From: a virus
Lineage: Duplodnaviria > Heunggongvirae > Uroviricota > Caudoviricetes
Length of the DNA: 64,000 nucleotides
IMG/VR virus record: IMGVR_UViG_3300021963_000036
Strand: one strand, 5' to 3'
Shown: positions 44,842 to 55,237 of the stretch, piece after piece
How the letters are laid out: the number at the start of each line of letters is the position of its first letter
How positions within the stretch are numbered: position 1 is the stretch's first letter
Program-made: the position numbers and the translations under genes
Notes under the pieces: model-generated
What the model was told of the DNA's origin: nothing
What the model saw: only the letters and a program-made list of their open reading frames with translations
Database searches by the model: none

Positions 44842-45594
44842 TTATAATGCATTGAATATGGTATTCACATTCGTTAATTGGTTAATAGTATCTTGTATGT
44901 TAGTTGGTCTTTTGATTTGATTAATCGCTTGACCGAATCCGTTAATAGCAGAAAGATATGACATAAAACCATTGCTGCCATTTGTTGTTGCTCTTACTTG
45001 GCCGAGTTCGAGTGATTGTACTTTGAACTTATCATATTCGAAACTTACTGGTAGAGTCATGATATCCGAATCATTACCCCAGTCGATGTCTACTGTTCCG
45101 AGCACAGTAGGAAATACGTTACCAAATGTGTAATAGTATACTTTACTTGCGTCGTTGCCAGAGTAGACTAGAATCTCTACAGTTGCTGCGTAGTCTTCCT
45201 TATAGGCGAACTCATAAGGTAACTTACCTTGTGGATCTTCTTGATCATGACCGTCATAAGTGTTGTAGTTCATTATGCCTTGCATCCAACGCTGAAAGAA
45301 CTTCATCGTACCAAAGTCGCTATCCATCATAAAGATACAATTGAGAGGTGCATGCGCAAAATCACCAGGACGGTGTTCCATCTTACCAAATCCGTAAGGA
45401 CGAATTTCTTGCGTAGTGAATGATAACTCTGGAAGACTCATCGTCTTGCATAAGAAAGTCAGCTCTCGAGTACTAATGTTTTGCTCAAGAAACTTCATGG
45501 TAGACGGCAGAGTAATTTGCGCCATCGCGAGATTGTTTTTAGCTAACCCGCGACTTGCTATTTGTGCTTTAAATTCGCTTAGATTGAATGCCAT
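44842..45594 (-). CDS. tail-tube family protein (gp19/gp48/gp54 paralogue)
   Basis: C-terminal YYYTFGNVFPTVLGTVDIDWGNDSDIMTLPVSFEYDKF parallels T4 gp19 IEIKGLWPTNVGELQLDWDSNNEIQTFEVTLALDYWE. Confidence 0.5.
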   Translation of the reverse strand: MAFNLSEFKAQIASRGLAKNNLAMAQITLPSTMKFLEQNISTRELTFLCKTMSLPELSFTTQEIRPYGFGKMEHRPGDFAHAPLNCIFMMDSDFGTMKFFQRWMQGIMNYNTYDGHDQEDPQGKLPYEFAYKEDYAATVEILVYSGNDASKVYYYTFGNVFPTVLGTVDIDWGNDSDIMTLPVSFEYDKFKVQSLELGQVRATTNGSNGFMSYLSAINGFGQAINQIKRPTNIQDTINQLTNVNTIFNAL

Positions 45595-45603
45595 TTCTTG
45601 ACC

Positions 45604-46194
45604 TTATTTGATGAGCTTCTTGGAATCCGCCCAGACCTTCTGTTTGGTTGCGCCTTGGAATCTTTCGAGAGGCAGGAATAGTGCGATGTCCCATTCAGAA
45701 GGATACACATATAGGAATCTACTTCTAACTTGAGATGTAAGGTATCGTTTGACACATGGTGCAAAGTATTTGAACTTTGATGCGCCATCGAGGAGGCTGT
45801 AATTCATCTTCAACTTTGTAGTCTCATCATAGTTCTTGTTATTCGTTACATCGTATAGAGCATCCATCAACTTTGCTCTAAAGTTCAAAGGTAGATAGTG
45901 CATGTTCAGACCCATAAATCCGTCAGGTGTTTTCTTGTACGGAAATACAAGAGGAAATCTATCGAAATATGGAAGAGTATCTTTATGCTTAGCATCATAG
46001 TAATACATATACATCGAACCGACTCTAGGGCGAGCCGTAAGTCTTTCAACATCACTCTTCATGAGTGACGTCTCATTGATCTTCTTGTACTCTTGAGCAG
46101 TATTACGATACCACATGCGCGCTTGTTCGGTGCGAGCCGGAATCTCTCCCGCTCTCACGCCTTTAGTTAGCACTGTATCAAATATGGTTGCCAT
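45604..46194 (-). CDS. virion protein candidate
   Basis: 196-aa ORF with Tyr/Phe-rich core (MYMYYYDAKHKDTLPYFDRFPLV). Confidence 0.35.
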   Translation of the reverse strand: MATIFDTVLTKGVRAGEIPARTEQARMWYRNTAQEYKKINETSLMKSDVERLTARPRVGSMYMYYYDAKHKDTLPYFDRFPLVFPYKKTPDGFMGLNMHYLPLNFRAKLMDALYDVTNNKNYDETTKLKMNYSLLDGASKFKYFAPCVKRYLTSQVRSRFLYVYPSEWDIALFLPLERFQGATKQKVWADSKKLIK

Positions 46195-46195
46195 G

Positions 46196-46708
46196 TTACT
46201 TTCCGAATAACTGTTTTTCTGTCATAATCTGGAATGTCCATCCGCGGTCTAAGCAATACTCTTGTGCTGCCTTCCACTTCGCTTCATTAGTTCCCCAAGT
46301 CTTTACTTCATTCAGGTATCTTCTGCTGAGGTTACCTTTTGCCGTAAGTTTATTACCTGGGTTCGGCGGGCGAGTTTGTGCGTCTGGTTTAATTTCAATC
46401 AGAATCTTTTGTTTCTTACCATCTATATTTATCTGTTCTACATAGACGTCCGGGTAGTAACGATGCCATCTGCCATCAATTGGGCTCTTATACGGAATGA
46501 TTGTTTCTTCACTTGCCCACTTCAATACATTTGGATGCGCATCAAGATAACTGAACAGTCTTAATTCCCAACTTGAACGATATACAATTCCAGTCGGATC
46601 ACCCATGTATTTGGCAGGGTTCTTTGGCTTGAAGTAGCCTTGATGATATGTGGCCATGGACTTCCCATATAAATATTGATAGCACGGCTTATTTATAGGG
46701 ATAATCAT
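46196..46708 (-). CDS. 4: gp4-like head completion protein
   Basis: HRYYPDVYVE...ILIEIKPD and C-terminal EYCLDRGWTF parallel T4 gp4 YTPDFLLP...IFVETKG ... KHGIKFADK. Confidence 0.55.
   Translation of the reverse strand: MIIPINKPCYQYLYGKSMATYHQGYFKPKNPAKYMGDPTGIVYRSSWELRLFSYLDAHPNVLKWASEETIIPYKSPIDGRWHRYYPDVYVEQINIDGKKQKILIEIKPDAQTRPPNPGNKLTAKGNLSRRYLNEVKTWGTNEAKWKAAQEYCLDRGWTFQIMTEKQLFGK
46668..46675 (+). promoter_or_regulatory. candidate T4-late-type promoter TATAAATA for the plus-strand baseplate operon, embedded in the gp4 coding sequence
   Basis: tataaata 32 nt upstream of ATG 46707. Confidence 0.35.
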
Positions 46709-47648
46709 GGCAAACGGTTTCTATGATTTAATTAAACCAGTTGACTCAATTATGAGCAACAATAGAAGAAACAACACTGAAGTTGCATCGCTTAGATTCC
46801 CACAGGATCTAGGTGCGCATGCTATGATCTTCAACTTTAAAGACTACAAATACGGCGGTGGAACTGTTCAAAACGCAGTTACAACTGGATCGATTGCTCT
46901 ACCGTTGCCAAAGGTTTTACAAGATACCTATTCGCCAAACATTCGAGATCAAGAACTTGGCATCATTGGCGGCGCTACAGCAGATGCAGTGAGTGCAATA
47001 GTAAATGGGCCGAATGCTGGAAGAGTCAATATAAACGACATCATGCAGAACAAAGACTTTGGTGCTCTAGCATCTGATGCAGCATCAGCAATGAGATATT
47101 TTACAAGAGCAGGTTTAGGTAGTATTAGCCCAGAAATTGGACAAGGTATCGACGCTGCGGTTGGCACGGCAGTAAACCCTCAGCAGACTATTGTGTTCGA
47201 CGGTGTTGCATTAAAGAGTTTCACCTTTGACTGGTCTTTCTCTCCAAAGAGTGCAAGTGAAAGTGAAACTCTACGTAAGATCATTAATACTATTCGAGCT
47301 GCATCTCTTCCTGCATATGCAAGTCCATTTGGCGCAGCACCAAATACTGGTACATCATTAAGCCGAGGTCTTCTTAAGTTTCCAAAGATGGTTGACATTA
47401 TGCTAGTTGGTGTTGATTCATCGTATTTCATTCAATACAAAACAAGTATGATTACTCAATTCACAGTTGATTATACTCCAAACGGAAGTGTAGCGCTATA
47501 CAGAGGCGAAACTGGTGCAAGACCGTCGTTTGTCAACATGACGATCGCGGTCAAAGAAGCAGCAATTCACACTCGAGACGATTATACTGGAGCTGAAGAT
47601 AGTAATATCATTTCTACTGCTACCGGTGGTCGTACGAACGGATTTTAA
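46707..47648 (+). CDS. virion structural protein candidate
   Basis: 313-aa ORF; start codon overlaps the divergent gp4 start (CATG at 46706-46709). Confidence 0.4.
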   Translation: MANGFYDLIKPVDSIMSNNRRNNTEVASLRFPQDLGAHAMIFNFKDYKYGGGTVQNAVTTGSIALPLPKVLQDTYSPNIRDQELGIIGGATADAVSAIVNGPNAGRVNINDIMQNKDFGALASDAASAMRYFTRAGLGSISPEIGQGIDAAVGTAVNPQQTIVFDGVALKSFTFDWSFSPKSASESETLRKIINTIRAASLPAYASPFGAAPNTGTSLSRGLLKFPKMVDIMLVGVDSSYFIQYKTSMITQFTVDYTPNGSVALYRGETGARPSFVNMTIAVKEAAIHTRDDYTGAEDSNIISTATGGRTNGF

Positions 47649-47662
47649 CTTAGGATTAACAA

Positions 47663-48229
47663 ATGTCAAAATATTTTGAGTACTTTCCAAAAGTTACATA
47701 TAGAGATACGTCTGTTACTGATATTACTCGCAGAGTAAAGATCAAAGACTCTTTACTTGCAGATCCATACGCATTCCTTCCGTACACTATAAAAGATGGT
47801 GAGAGAGCTGAAGACATTTCATACTATTATTATGGTGATCAAGGTAAAGTGTGGTTAGTATATCTAGCGAATAATATAATCGACCCATATACACAATGGC
47901 CGATGTCAAATGAAAATGTTGCAAAGACGATTGCTAAAAAGTATAAAGTGCAATCAGGTCAATCTACAGATGAAGCAGTTATTTTTTGGTCAATGTCAAC
48001 AGGTACAAGCAACAATATAGTGCATTACGTGAACAATGACGACCCAACAGTATTTGTAAGTAAAGATACGTATTCGTATAATCCTTCATTCATAAGTTCA
48101 GAATGGACAGCTGTACGAGTCTATGATTACGAAATGCAACTGAATGAAGATCGCCGTAACATCTATTTAGTCAACGTGGCATATGCAGATCAAGTTGAAA
48201 GAGATTTAGAGACGGTACTCAATGTCTGA
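47663..48229 (+). CDS. 53: gp53-like baseplate wedge protein
   Basis: YYYYGDQGKVWLVYLANNIIDPYTQWP (T4 gp53: NAIYGNPQLYWVLLMCNDNYDPYYGWI) and IVHYVNNDD (T4: IVYHVNENG). Confidence 0.65.
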   Translation: MSKYFEYFPKVTYRDTSVTDITRRVKIKDSLLADPYAFLPYTIKDGERAEDISYYYYGDQGKVWLVYLANNIIDPYTQWPMSNENVAKTIAKKYKVQSGQSTDEAVIFWSMSTGTSNNIVHYVNNDDPTVFVSKDTYSYNPSFISSEWTAVRVYDYEMQLNEDRRNIYLVNVAYADQVERDLETVLNV

Positions 48230-49583
48230 TACAAACGGAATTAAACAGGCCGGATCATATACACTTGAGTCGTTCAAAATATCAAAGTTGGACGGATCGA
48301 AGAGTAGTGATATCAGACTTATCATACATTCATTTAATATAGTTGAATCAATGTCAACTGGTTCCATACGCGGAACTGCAATGGTATACGATTCGAGTGA
48401 TCTTATAACCACCTTTCCTTTAATAGGAGAAGAGTTGATCGAGATCACTTATACTGATTATTACGGCACTAAGCGAACTGATACGATGTTTCTATATGGC
48501 GTGACTGATGTCGGTTATGCTGCAGAGAGTAGCGGCAGCATGACTAAATATACACTCAGCTTTGCATCTCTTCCAAAAGTGCTTTCAGAAAATGTACGAG
48601 TACAGAAGACGTATAAACCGAATACTGTTGACAACTTTTCAAAGATTAGTGAATACGTTAAGTCTGTATACGACGAATATTATAAGAAACCAGTTGAAGA
48701 ATTAAATAAGACGCCTAAGAACATTGTAATTGAATCGACAGACGGCGCACAGGGATATGTTATTCCGCGTCTCACACCAGAACAGACAATGCACTTCTTT
48801 GCTCGAAAGGCTTATTCTGCAGCAAGCGACACTCAATCATTTAGATTCTTTGAAAGTCGCGAGATGTTCTTTTTTACTACAAATGAGTATATGATAGAAC
48901 GATTGAATCCAAATGCCGGTCGTCCAACAGATGGTCCAGGCGGTGGAGTTCAAATGTCAACTGATCAAGTTGTTGTTCCGATATTCACACGTAACTATAT
49001 GCCAGACCGTAGCGCTGATCGCCAATTAAGTGCGATGAGTGAACTATTAGCAATTGACTTCGGTGCGAAAGTAAACACCGTAGAAGATATTAATAAGGGT
49101 GCATACAAGAAAGCTACTTATGAAATCGACGTGATGCATGGCACAATCACTAAAACTGCATATGATCATACACAAACATTTAAAGAAGAAAAACAAAAAC
49201 TTGTTCATGACGTGTCATTTATAGACGAAAAAATCTCAAAGGAAAAAGAGAGATTTGTTGTAAAGGATTATGCTTCAATCGGTGCGACTCAGGGAACTGA
49301 TATACGCCCAGAGATGTATTATAGCAGCGTCTATAATGTTAAGCCAACAACGTTTTATCATTATGAACGTAATAAGATTACTGCTACAATATACGGTAGA
49401 AACAAGATTTTTGCTGGTAGTGTAATTGAAATCAAACTTGCAGAAGCAACTTCTCAAACTGATTCTGTTAAGATCGATAACGAGAGAAGTGGTAAATATA
49501 TTGTAGAGTCAGTTGAAAATAACTTTAATGAAAACATCTACACACAGAAATTGATTTTATCAAGAGGCGGTATCGGCGCATGA
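48222..49583 (+). CDS. baseplate hub protein candidate (possible gp27 counterpart)
   Basis: 453-aa ORF immediately upstream of the gp5 spike gene, translationally coupled. Confidence 0.3.
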   Translation: MSDTNGIKQAGSYTLESFKISKLDGSKSSDIRLIIHSFNIVESMSTGSIRGTAMVYDSSDLITTFPLIGEELIEITYTDYYGTKRTDTMFLYGVTDVGYAAESSGSMTKYTLSFASLPKVLSENVRVQKTYKPNTVDNFSKISEYVKSVYDEYYKKPVEELNKTPKNIVIESTDGAQGYVIPRLTPEQTMHFFARKAYSAASDTQSFRFFESREMFFFTTNEYMIERLNPNAGRPTDGPGGGVQMSTDQVVVPIFTRNYMPDRSADRQLSAMSELLAIDFGAKVNTVEDINKGAYKKATYEIDVMHGTITKTAYDHTQTFKEEKQKLVHDVSFIDEKISKEKERFVVKDYASIGATQGTDIRPEMYYSSVYNVKPTTFYHYERNKITATIYGRNKIFAGSVIEIKLAEATSQTDSVKIDNERSGKYIVESVENNFNENIYTQKLILSRGGIGA

Positions 49584-51439
49584 TAGGCGAAAATGGCTTT
49601 GACAATTTAGTATGGTTCATGGGTCTTGTTGAAGACAACAACGACCCGCTGAGCGGACGTGTGCGTGTGAGAGCATTTGGTTTTCATCCTCCCTACTCAG
49701 ACGGTTTAGTTGCGACTGATGATCTTCCTTGGGCACATGTTGTTCGTGATAGTAAGTTTGCTTCTGTTCCAGACAATGGAGATTTAGTCGTTGGCTTCTT
49801 TATGGATGGACGCGATGCACAACATCCTATCGTAATCGGCGTCTTGAACAGTGCTAAGTTCTCTCTACCAACAACTTCGAATCCATATTCTTCGCCAGGA
49901 AATACCGGTCGCACTCCACCTACTGGTCAAGGTAAACCTGTTCCAGTCGGACAATCTGCAAACAAAACACTAGAGCCATATCAACGTGCTTTTCTTGATG
50001 CGACTGCTTCAAAGGAATCTGGTGGTGCTTATAACATTCGATACGATGGAAAAGCTGGATCTACATTTGACTTATCTACTGGACAACATCCAAATGTAAG
50101 AGTTCCTCTTGGTAATGGTCAGTATTCAACAGCTGCTGGTCGTTATCAATTCACATATAGTACATGGCAAGAAATTTCTGGAGGTGCGCCATTCACACCA
50201 GAAAACCAAGACTACTACGCATATCAACTCGCAAAGCAGCGCTATCCGGGAGATCTCGATGCTGAGCTACAGTCAGGTGGGCTTAACTCAAACATCCTGA
50301 CTGCATTGACTCCAACTTGGGCGTCATTTGAATCTGGAAATCAGGCATCAATCATCGCCACTTATAATCAAAGTATGGCAGGCCAAGGTGTATCAACTCC
50401 TACAGCAAATACCGCGAATCCAGTAGCTGCTTACGAGAATCCTTATGTCGCTCCTTCTCAAGATGCGATTGACAACTTCGGCAACGGTGCTATGCCACCA
50501 CAGATCTCTGGCGAAAATCTACAGTACACTCCTGCAGTGATCCAAGCCACGGCTAGAAAAGATGTTGCATTCTCTGGTACTGGAGCTTATACAGCAAGCG
50601 AACCAGGTGTCCCAGTGTCAGGTTCAATCAAAAGTTCTGTATGGAGCACTCGTCATGGAGGTTCTCATATTGAGCTATCCGGTAAAACCTCAGATGAAGA
50701 ATATATAAGCATCACCCATGCAAGCGGCTCACGTGTTACTCTTGACTCTCACGGTAACGTTACCGTTAAAGCGTTTGGTAAGCTTCATCTTTCATCTGAA
50801 GGTGTGAGTGAAGACATCTCTGATGGCACAAAGATTAGTAATCACAAAGGTGGTTATATGCTTGAAGTTTCAGGAGGTAACATGGATGTTACCGTAATGG
50901 GCGATTTAAACTTCACTGCATCAGGTGACATTAAACTGAATGCTGGTAGAAAAATATCGATGTCTGCAGGTGATGCTATCGATGCAGCAGGATCTAAGAT
51001 CGCTCTTACTGCAAAGGTAGATGCAATTGATATTGTTGCTGCGCAGAAACTCGCGCTCTATTCTGGTGGAACTGGATTAAGTATTCAGAGTGTCGAAGAC
51101 ATGTTTGTGCAAGCGAAGAACCTTAATTTGAAAGGCGACACAAATGCTGCGCTTCAAGCAAAAGGCGGTATGCTTAGCTTACAAAGTAAAGGATCACTTG
51201 CTCTTGCTGCTGAAGGTAATATTGGAATCGGCGCAGACGGCAATGTTGTTGCAAAGGGTGCTCAAATCCATCTGAATGATGGTGCTCCAGCTGCTCCAGC
51301 ATCAGCCGGAGATGCTTTGGCCGCTGTTGCAGCAAATGTACCAGATCCAGTTGGTGCTGGTATCTCAACTCCTACAAAACCACTTCCAACTCCTGGTCAT
51401 ATCTCACCTGAAATGTTAGACGAAAGCGGACCACAATGA
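49580..51439 (+). CDS. 5: gp5-like baseplate central spike with lysozyme-like domain and C-terminal beta-helix
   Basis: N-terminal OB-like region (RVRVRAFGFHPP..DLVVGFFMDGRDAQHPIVIGVL); central SGGAYNIRYDG...AAGRYQFTYSTWQ hydrolase-like region; C-terminal ~250 aa of Gly/Ser/Ala-rich beta-helical repeats. Confidence 0.7.
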   Translation: MIGENGFDNLVWFMGLVEDNNDPLSGRVRVRAFGFHPPYSDGLVATDDLPWAHVVRDSKFASVPDNGDLVVGFFMDGRDAQHPIVIGVLNSAKFSLPTTSNPYSSPGNTGRTPPTGQGKPVPVGQSANKTLEPYQRAFLDATASKESGGAYNIRYDGKAGSTFDLSTGQHPNVRVPLGNGQYSTAAGRYQFTYSTWQEISGGAPFTPENQDYYAYQLAKQRYPGDLDAELQSGGLNSNILTALTPTWASFESGNQASIIATYNQSMAGQGVSTPTANTANPVAAYENPYVAPSQDAIDNFGNGAMPPQISGENLQYTPAVIQATARKDVAFSGTGAYTASEPGVPVSGSIKSSVWSTRHGGSHIELSGKTSDEEYISITHASGSRVTLDSHGNVTVKAFGKLHLSSEGVSEDISDGTKISNHKGGYMLEVSGGNMDVTVMGDLNFTASGDIKLNAGRKISMSAGDAIDAAGSKIALTAKVDAIDIVAAQKLALYSGGTGLSIQSVEDMFVQAKNLNLKGDTNAALQAKGGMLSLQSKGSLALAAEGNIGIGADGNVVAKGAQIHLNDGAPAAPASAGDALAAVAANVPDPVGAGISTPTKPLPTPGHISPEMLDESGPQ

Positions 51440-53040
51440 GCTGTAACACATTCAATTCTCCTACATCAAAATTCTCTGAAGCAGCTTTAACGACTGATCA
51501 GTTGAGAGCAAATCTGTATAGTTTCAATAGTCTTATAGATGTTCAAAACGACCCAGTAAAACGCTACGACGTTGTAAGTGTATCACTTGCAATAAGCGGT
51601 ACTTATACACTGTTTAATAATCTTACAAATAAAGATGAATATGAATACCTACACGATAGAATTAATCGTGGTATTATTCCTTCTTCTGAATATGCTGACT
51701 TCCTAGATAAAAGCAAAATAAGTTTAGATGCAATTACTGCTATGATGAATGGATTACTTATTGGTCTACAACCATCAGATTATCTATCACAATTAGATCA
51801 ATACTATAATAAGAATTTTGCGAATAGTCAAACAGGTGGTTTCTGTTCACTATTTAACGGCGCAGTAATGCAGTTACTCGGATTAGTTTCATCTGCAGCA
51901 AATATGATTAATCAATTGAAAAATGGTCTTGCTTCTATTATTGCCCAATTGATGTCTTTTAAAGATTTGTTACATAATCTAGTTGATAAGTTAAAAGATA
52001 TGATGCTTAAGCAGATTCAGAATATTGTAAATCAAGCTATGGGTGCAGTATCAAAAGTAATTGGCGCAGCAACTTTCTTTATGAACAAAGCAAAACAAGT
52101 TCAAGCTTTCTTTAGTGATGCTAATATCGCGAGCCTAAAAGCAAAGATCGAAGAGATAATGTCTCAAATGGCCGGCGGATATGAAAAACTTACACCAGAA
52201 GTGATAGCATATCTTCTATTTAGATTGTGTCAATTAAGTGAAGTAATAACTAATTTTATGAAGTCTCCAGTCGATGGTCTTAATGCTTTAATTAGTAACT
52301 ACGCAATGCAAGAAATGGTATTGACAAACTTCTCGAATGAAGCATCAATGAGAGCTGTACAAGCCGGTGGGTATCGCATGGATCCATTCGAAGTAGCTCG
52401 ACTTAGATCTGAAGCTGCTTCTAAAATCAATTCTGATTATTCTGGAGAAGGTTCTGTTGATCCTTCAAGTTATATCACAATGGGATTCACACAAGAAGAA
52501 ATCGAGATGGCGATGAATATTACTGACGCTGGTAATAAGTATCTAAAATTTCAACCTCAAGTTCTAAGTCAAAATGACCCCGTCGAAGGGGCTGGTTATA
52601 AGTATGTAAAACATGAAGTATGGATGAGAATATTTAGAATATCAAGAAGACTTGGTATCCAACTATATTGCAATAGCGGATATCGTAGTCCTACATATAA
52701 CGCTAAGCAGCCAGGTTCTGCAAAGAGCAGTCTTCATATGTCGGGGATGGCTTGTGATATTAGCATGGATAACGTGCCGAAATCTAGAATTCCGGAATAT
52801 ATCAAATACGCAAGTCAAGAGGGATTCCAAGGTATGGAATACTACGCTTCTGGTAACTTCGTACACACTGACATTGGTAATAGACGTAGATGGTATCCTG
52901 GCAATGGTGCTACACCAAATGCTATTGAAGATGCTATACAAATTCATATGAAAGACGGATTTAGAAGAGGCAGACCTGCTGATCCAATTCAACCAGCAGC
53001 TCCATCTACTCCAGCAACACCACGCTTTGGACTTCAATAA
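51436..53040 (+). CDS. baseplate/tail protein with C-terminal peptidase M15 (VanY-like peptidoglycan peptidase) domain
   Basis: C-terminal SGYRSPTYN ... SSLHMSGMACD ... FVHTD (zinc-site H-x6-D ... H pattern). Confidence 0.55.
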   Translation: MSCNTFNSPTSKFSEAALTTDQLRANLYSFNSLIDVQNDPVKRYDVVSVSLAISGTYTLFNNLTNKDEYEYLHDRINRGIIPSSEYADFLDKSKISLDAITAMMNGLLIGLQPSDYLSQLDQYYNKNFANSQTGGFCSLFNGAVMQLLGLVSSAANMINQLKNGLASIIAQLMSFKDLLHNLVDKLKDMMLKQIQNIVNQAMGAVSKVIGAATFFMNKAKQVQAFFSDANIASLKAKIEEIMSQMAGGYEKLTPEVIAYLLFRLCQLSEVITNFMKSPVDGLNALISNYAMQEMVLTNFSNEASMRAVQAGGYRMDPFEVARLRSEAASKINSDYSGEGSVDPSSYITMGFTQEEIEMAMNITDAGNKYLKFQPQVLSQNDPVEGAGYKYVKHEVWMRIFRISRRLGIQLYCNSGYRSPTYNAKQPGSAKSSLHMSGMACDISMDNVPKSRIPEYIKYASQEGFQGMEYYASGNFVHTDIGNRRRWYPGNGATPNAIEDAIQIHMKDGFRRGRPADPIQPAAPSTPATPRFGLQ

Positions 53041-53051
53041 AGGAATACGTC

Positions 53052-53459
53052 ATGGCTATCACACCATTAACGCGTAGAAAAGAAACATATTCAGACTTTT
53101 ATAAAGATCTGACTCTTAGTCCAATCAATGCTGACTTAGCAAGAAAGACTGATGAGGAATCGATCAAAGAGGCAATTCGTAATATCGTATTGACTGATCG
53201 TGGAGAAAGGTTATTTCAACCAGAACTCGGTTGCGATATTCGAAAGATCCTGTTTGAAAACATCGGACCTGAAACTATTGTTACTGCACGCGAAATGATT
53301 AAGTCGGCAATCAGCGCGTATGAACCGAGATGTGCTCTTCTCGGTGTTGACGTGTACGGCGCAAAAGATGACAATGTAATCAATATCACCATTACGTTCC
53401 ACATTATAAATAAACAAGAGCCAATTACACTCAATCTAACAGTTGACAGGGTACGATAA
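53052..53459 (+). CDS. 25: gp25-like baseplate wedge protein (GPW/gp25 family)
   Basis: 135 aa; RNIVLTDRGERLFQPELGCDIRKILFEN matches the gp25/GPW core. Confidence 0.65.
   Translation: MAITPLTRRKETYSDFYKDLTLSPINADLARKTDEESIKEAIRNIVLTDRGERLFQPELGCDIRKILFENIGPETIVTAREMIKSAISAYEPRCALLGVDVYGAKDDNVINITITFHIINKQEPITLNLTVDRVR
53404..53411 (+). promoter_or_regulatory. candidate T4-late-type promoter TATAAATA inside the end of gene 25, upstream of gene 6
   Basis: tataaata 48 nt upstream of ATG 53459. Confidence 0.3.
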
Positions 53460-55237
53460 TGACGTCAAATGCACCAATAACAGAATTAGACTTTAATCAG
53501 ATTAAGACTAATCTGAAGACGTACATGAAGGGCCAAGCTCAGTTTGCTGACTACAACTTCGAAGGATCGAACATGAATGTTCTCCTCGATGTTCTATCAT
53601 ATAACACTTTTCAAAATGGATTCTTCACTAACATGGCAATGAACGAGATGTTTCTCGATTCAGCTCAATTGCCAGCTTCTGTTGTATCACATGCAAAAGC
53701 TCTAAACTACGTCCCTCGTTCGCGTACGTCAGCTAGAGCTAAAATCAACGTGACTCTCGCTTGTAACGATACTCCAACGTTCGTGGTAATTCCAGAGAAA
53801 ACAAAGTTTGTTGCTAAGTGCGGCACAAAGACCTTTAACTTCTACAATGATACAGCTGTTACGATCTATCCGGTTAATGGTGTCTATACCTATTATGGTC
53901 TTGAAGTCTACGAAGGTCGTTATGTTAGTGAATCATATTTAGTAAACGGAACGTCTCAAAAGTATATTCTATCAAATTCAGATATTGATACATCAAGCAT
54001 CCGTGTTTACGTAAAAGAATCGTCAAGCGCCACAGTAGAAACTGAATACTCACGTCAGACTTCACTCTTTGGTTCAGCTAATGACTCAACTGTCTTTTAT
54101 ATACAAGCACAAAACGATACACAATATGAATTGATCTTTGGAGAAAATATATTCGGCATTCAGCCATCAAACGGTAACGTAGTAAGAGCTGAATATCGTA
54201 TCACGGCAGGCGAAGAAGCAAACGATATCATTAGCTTCGTCCCAAGTGGAAATATCCAAGGCTATCCAGCGACGACTGTTTTGAGCCAGAAATCAACAGA
54301 TGGCTCAGAAAAAGAGGGTATTGAATCAATTCGATACTTCGCGCCACGAGCTTTACAAGTACAAGATCGTGCAGTTACCGAGCATGACTATGAGATCCTT
54401 CTTAAGAACCACTTTCCAGAGATTCAAGCTGTTTCAGTTTATGGTGGAGAAGAATTGAATCCTCCACGTTACGGTAAAGTTATTGTCGCGGTAGATGTTC
54501 AAAACGCATATGGTGTTTCTGAAAATAACAAAGTAAAGTATACAACGTATTTGCGTGATAGAACACCCATTGGTATTCAGCCTGTTGTGATCTCGCCTGA
54601 ATTTATGTATCTTGCGGTAAATACAAACGTTTCTTATAACACAAAGAAAACTGCAAGCTCAGAAGCTACAATTCGTCAATCAGTACTCGATTCTATTCTT
54701 GCTTATAATACCGCAAACCTGTCTAACTTTAAAACAGTGTTTAGAGCTTCACGCCTTTCAGCAGCAATTGACGACGCAGATATAAATGTTCTATCTAATG
54801 ATTTAGATGTTCTTGCGATTATTCCTTTGAATCCTAATCTAAATGTTACAAACAATTTTGATATTACTTTCAATAACGCTCTTAATATTGACCATAGCCT
54901 ATCGTCAAATGAAGTTCTATCTGAACATTTACCAGCTGTAAAGTCTTCAACTTTCACATATGGTGGTTCAATTGGCTTTATTCAAGACAATGGTAATGGT
55001 GTGCTACAGATTATTAAAGCATCTGGTGCCTCATTCGTTTATCTAAACGCAAATATTGGTTCAGTAAATTATGAAACTGGTAGAGTAATTATCAAGAAGT
55101 TTAATATCTCTTCATACGACGGAACAGAAGTTAAACTTTACGGTAGAACAAGAACATCTACTATTGAACCGCCAAAGAACAGAATATTGACTATTCGCCA
55201 AGAAGATATTACTATCAATGTCGCCGGAGTTAACTAA
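53459..55237 (+). CDS. 6: gp6-like baseplate wedge protein (Baseplate_J family)
   Basis: 592 aa directly after gp25, as in most T4-like phages. Confidence 0.55.
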   Translation: MTSNAPITELDFNQIKTNLKTYMKGQAQFADYNFEGSNMNVLLDVLSYNTFQNGFFTNMAMNEMFLDSAQLPASVVSHAKALNYVPRSRTSARAKINVTLACNDTPTFVVIPEKTKFVAKCGTKTFNFYNDTAVTIYPVNGVYTYYGLEVYEGRYVSESYLVNGTSQKYILSNSDIDTSSIRVYVKESSSATVETEYSRQTSLFGSANDSTVFYIQAQNDTQYELIFGENIFGIQPSNGNVVRAEYRITAGEEANDIISFVPSGNIQGYPATTVLSQKSTDGSEKEGIESIRYFAPRALQVQDRAVTEHDYEILLKNHFPEIQAVSVYGGEELNPPRYGKVIVAVDVQNAYGVSENNKVKYTTYLRDRTPIGIQPVVISPEFMYLAVNTNVSYNTKKTASSEATIRQSVLDSILAYNTANLSNFKTVFRASRLSAAIDDADINVLSNDLDVLAIIPLNPNLNVTNNFDITFNNALNIDHSLSSNEVLSEHLPAVKSSTFTYGGSIGFIQDNGNGVLQIIKASGASFVYLNANIGSVNYETGRVIIKKFNISSYDGTEVKLYGRTRTSTIEPPKNRILTIRQEDITINVAGVN

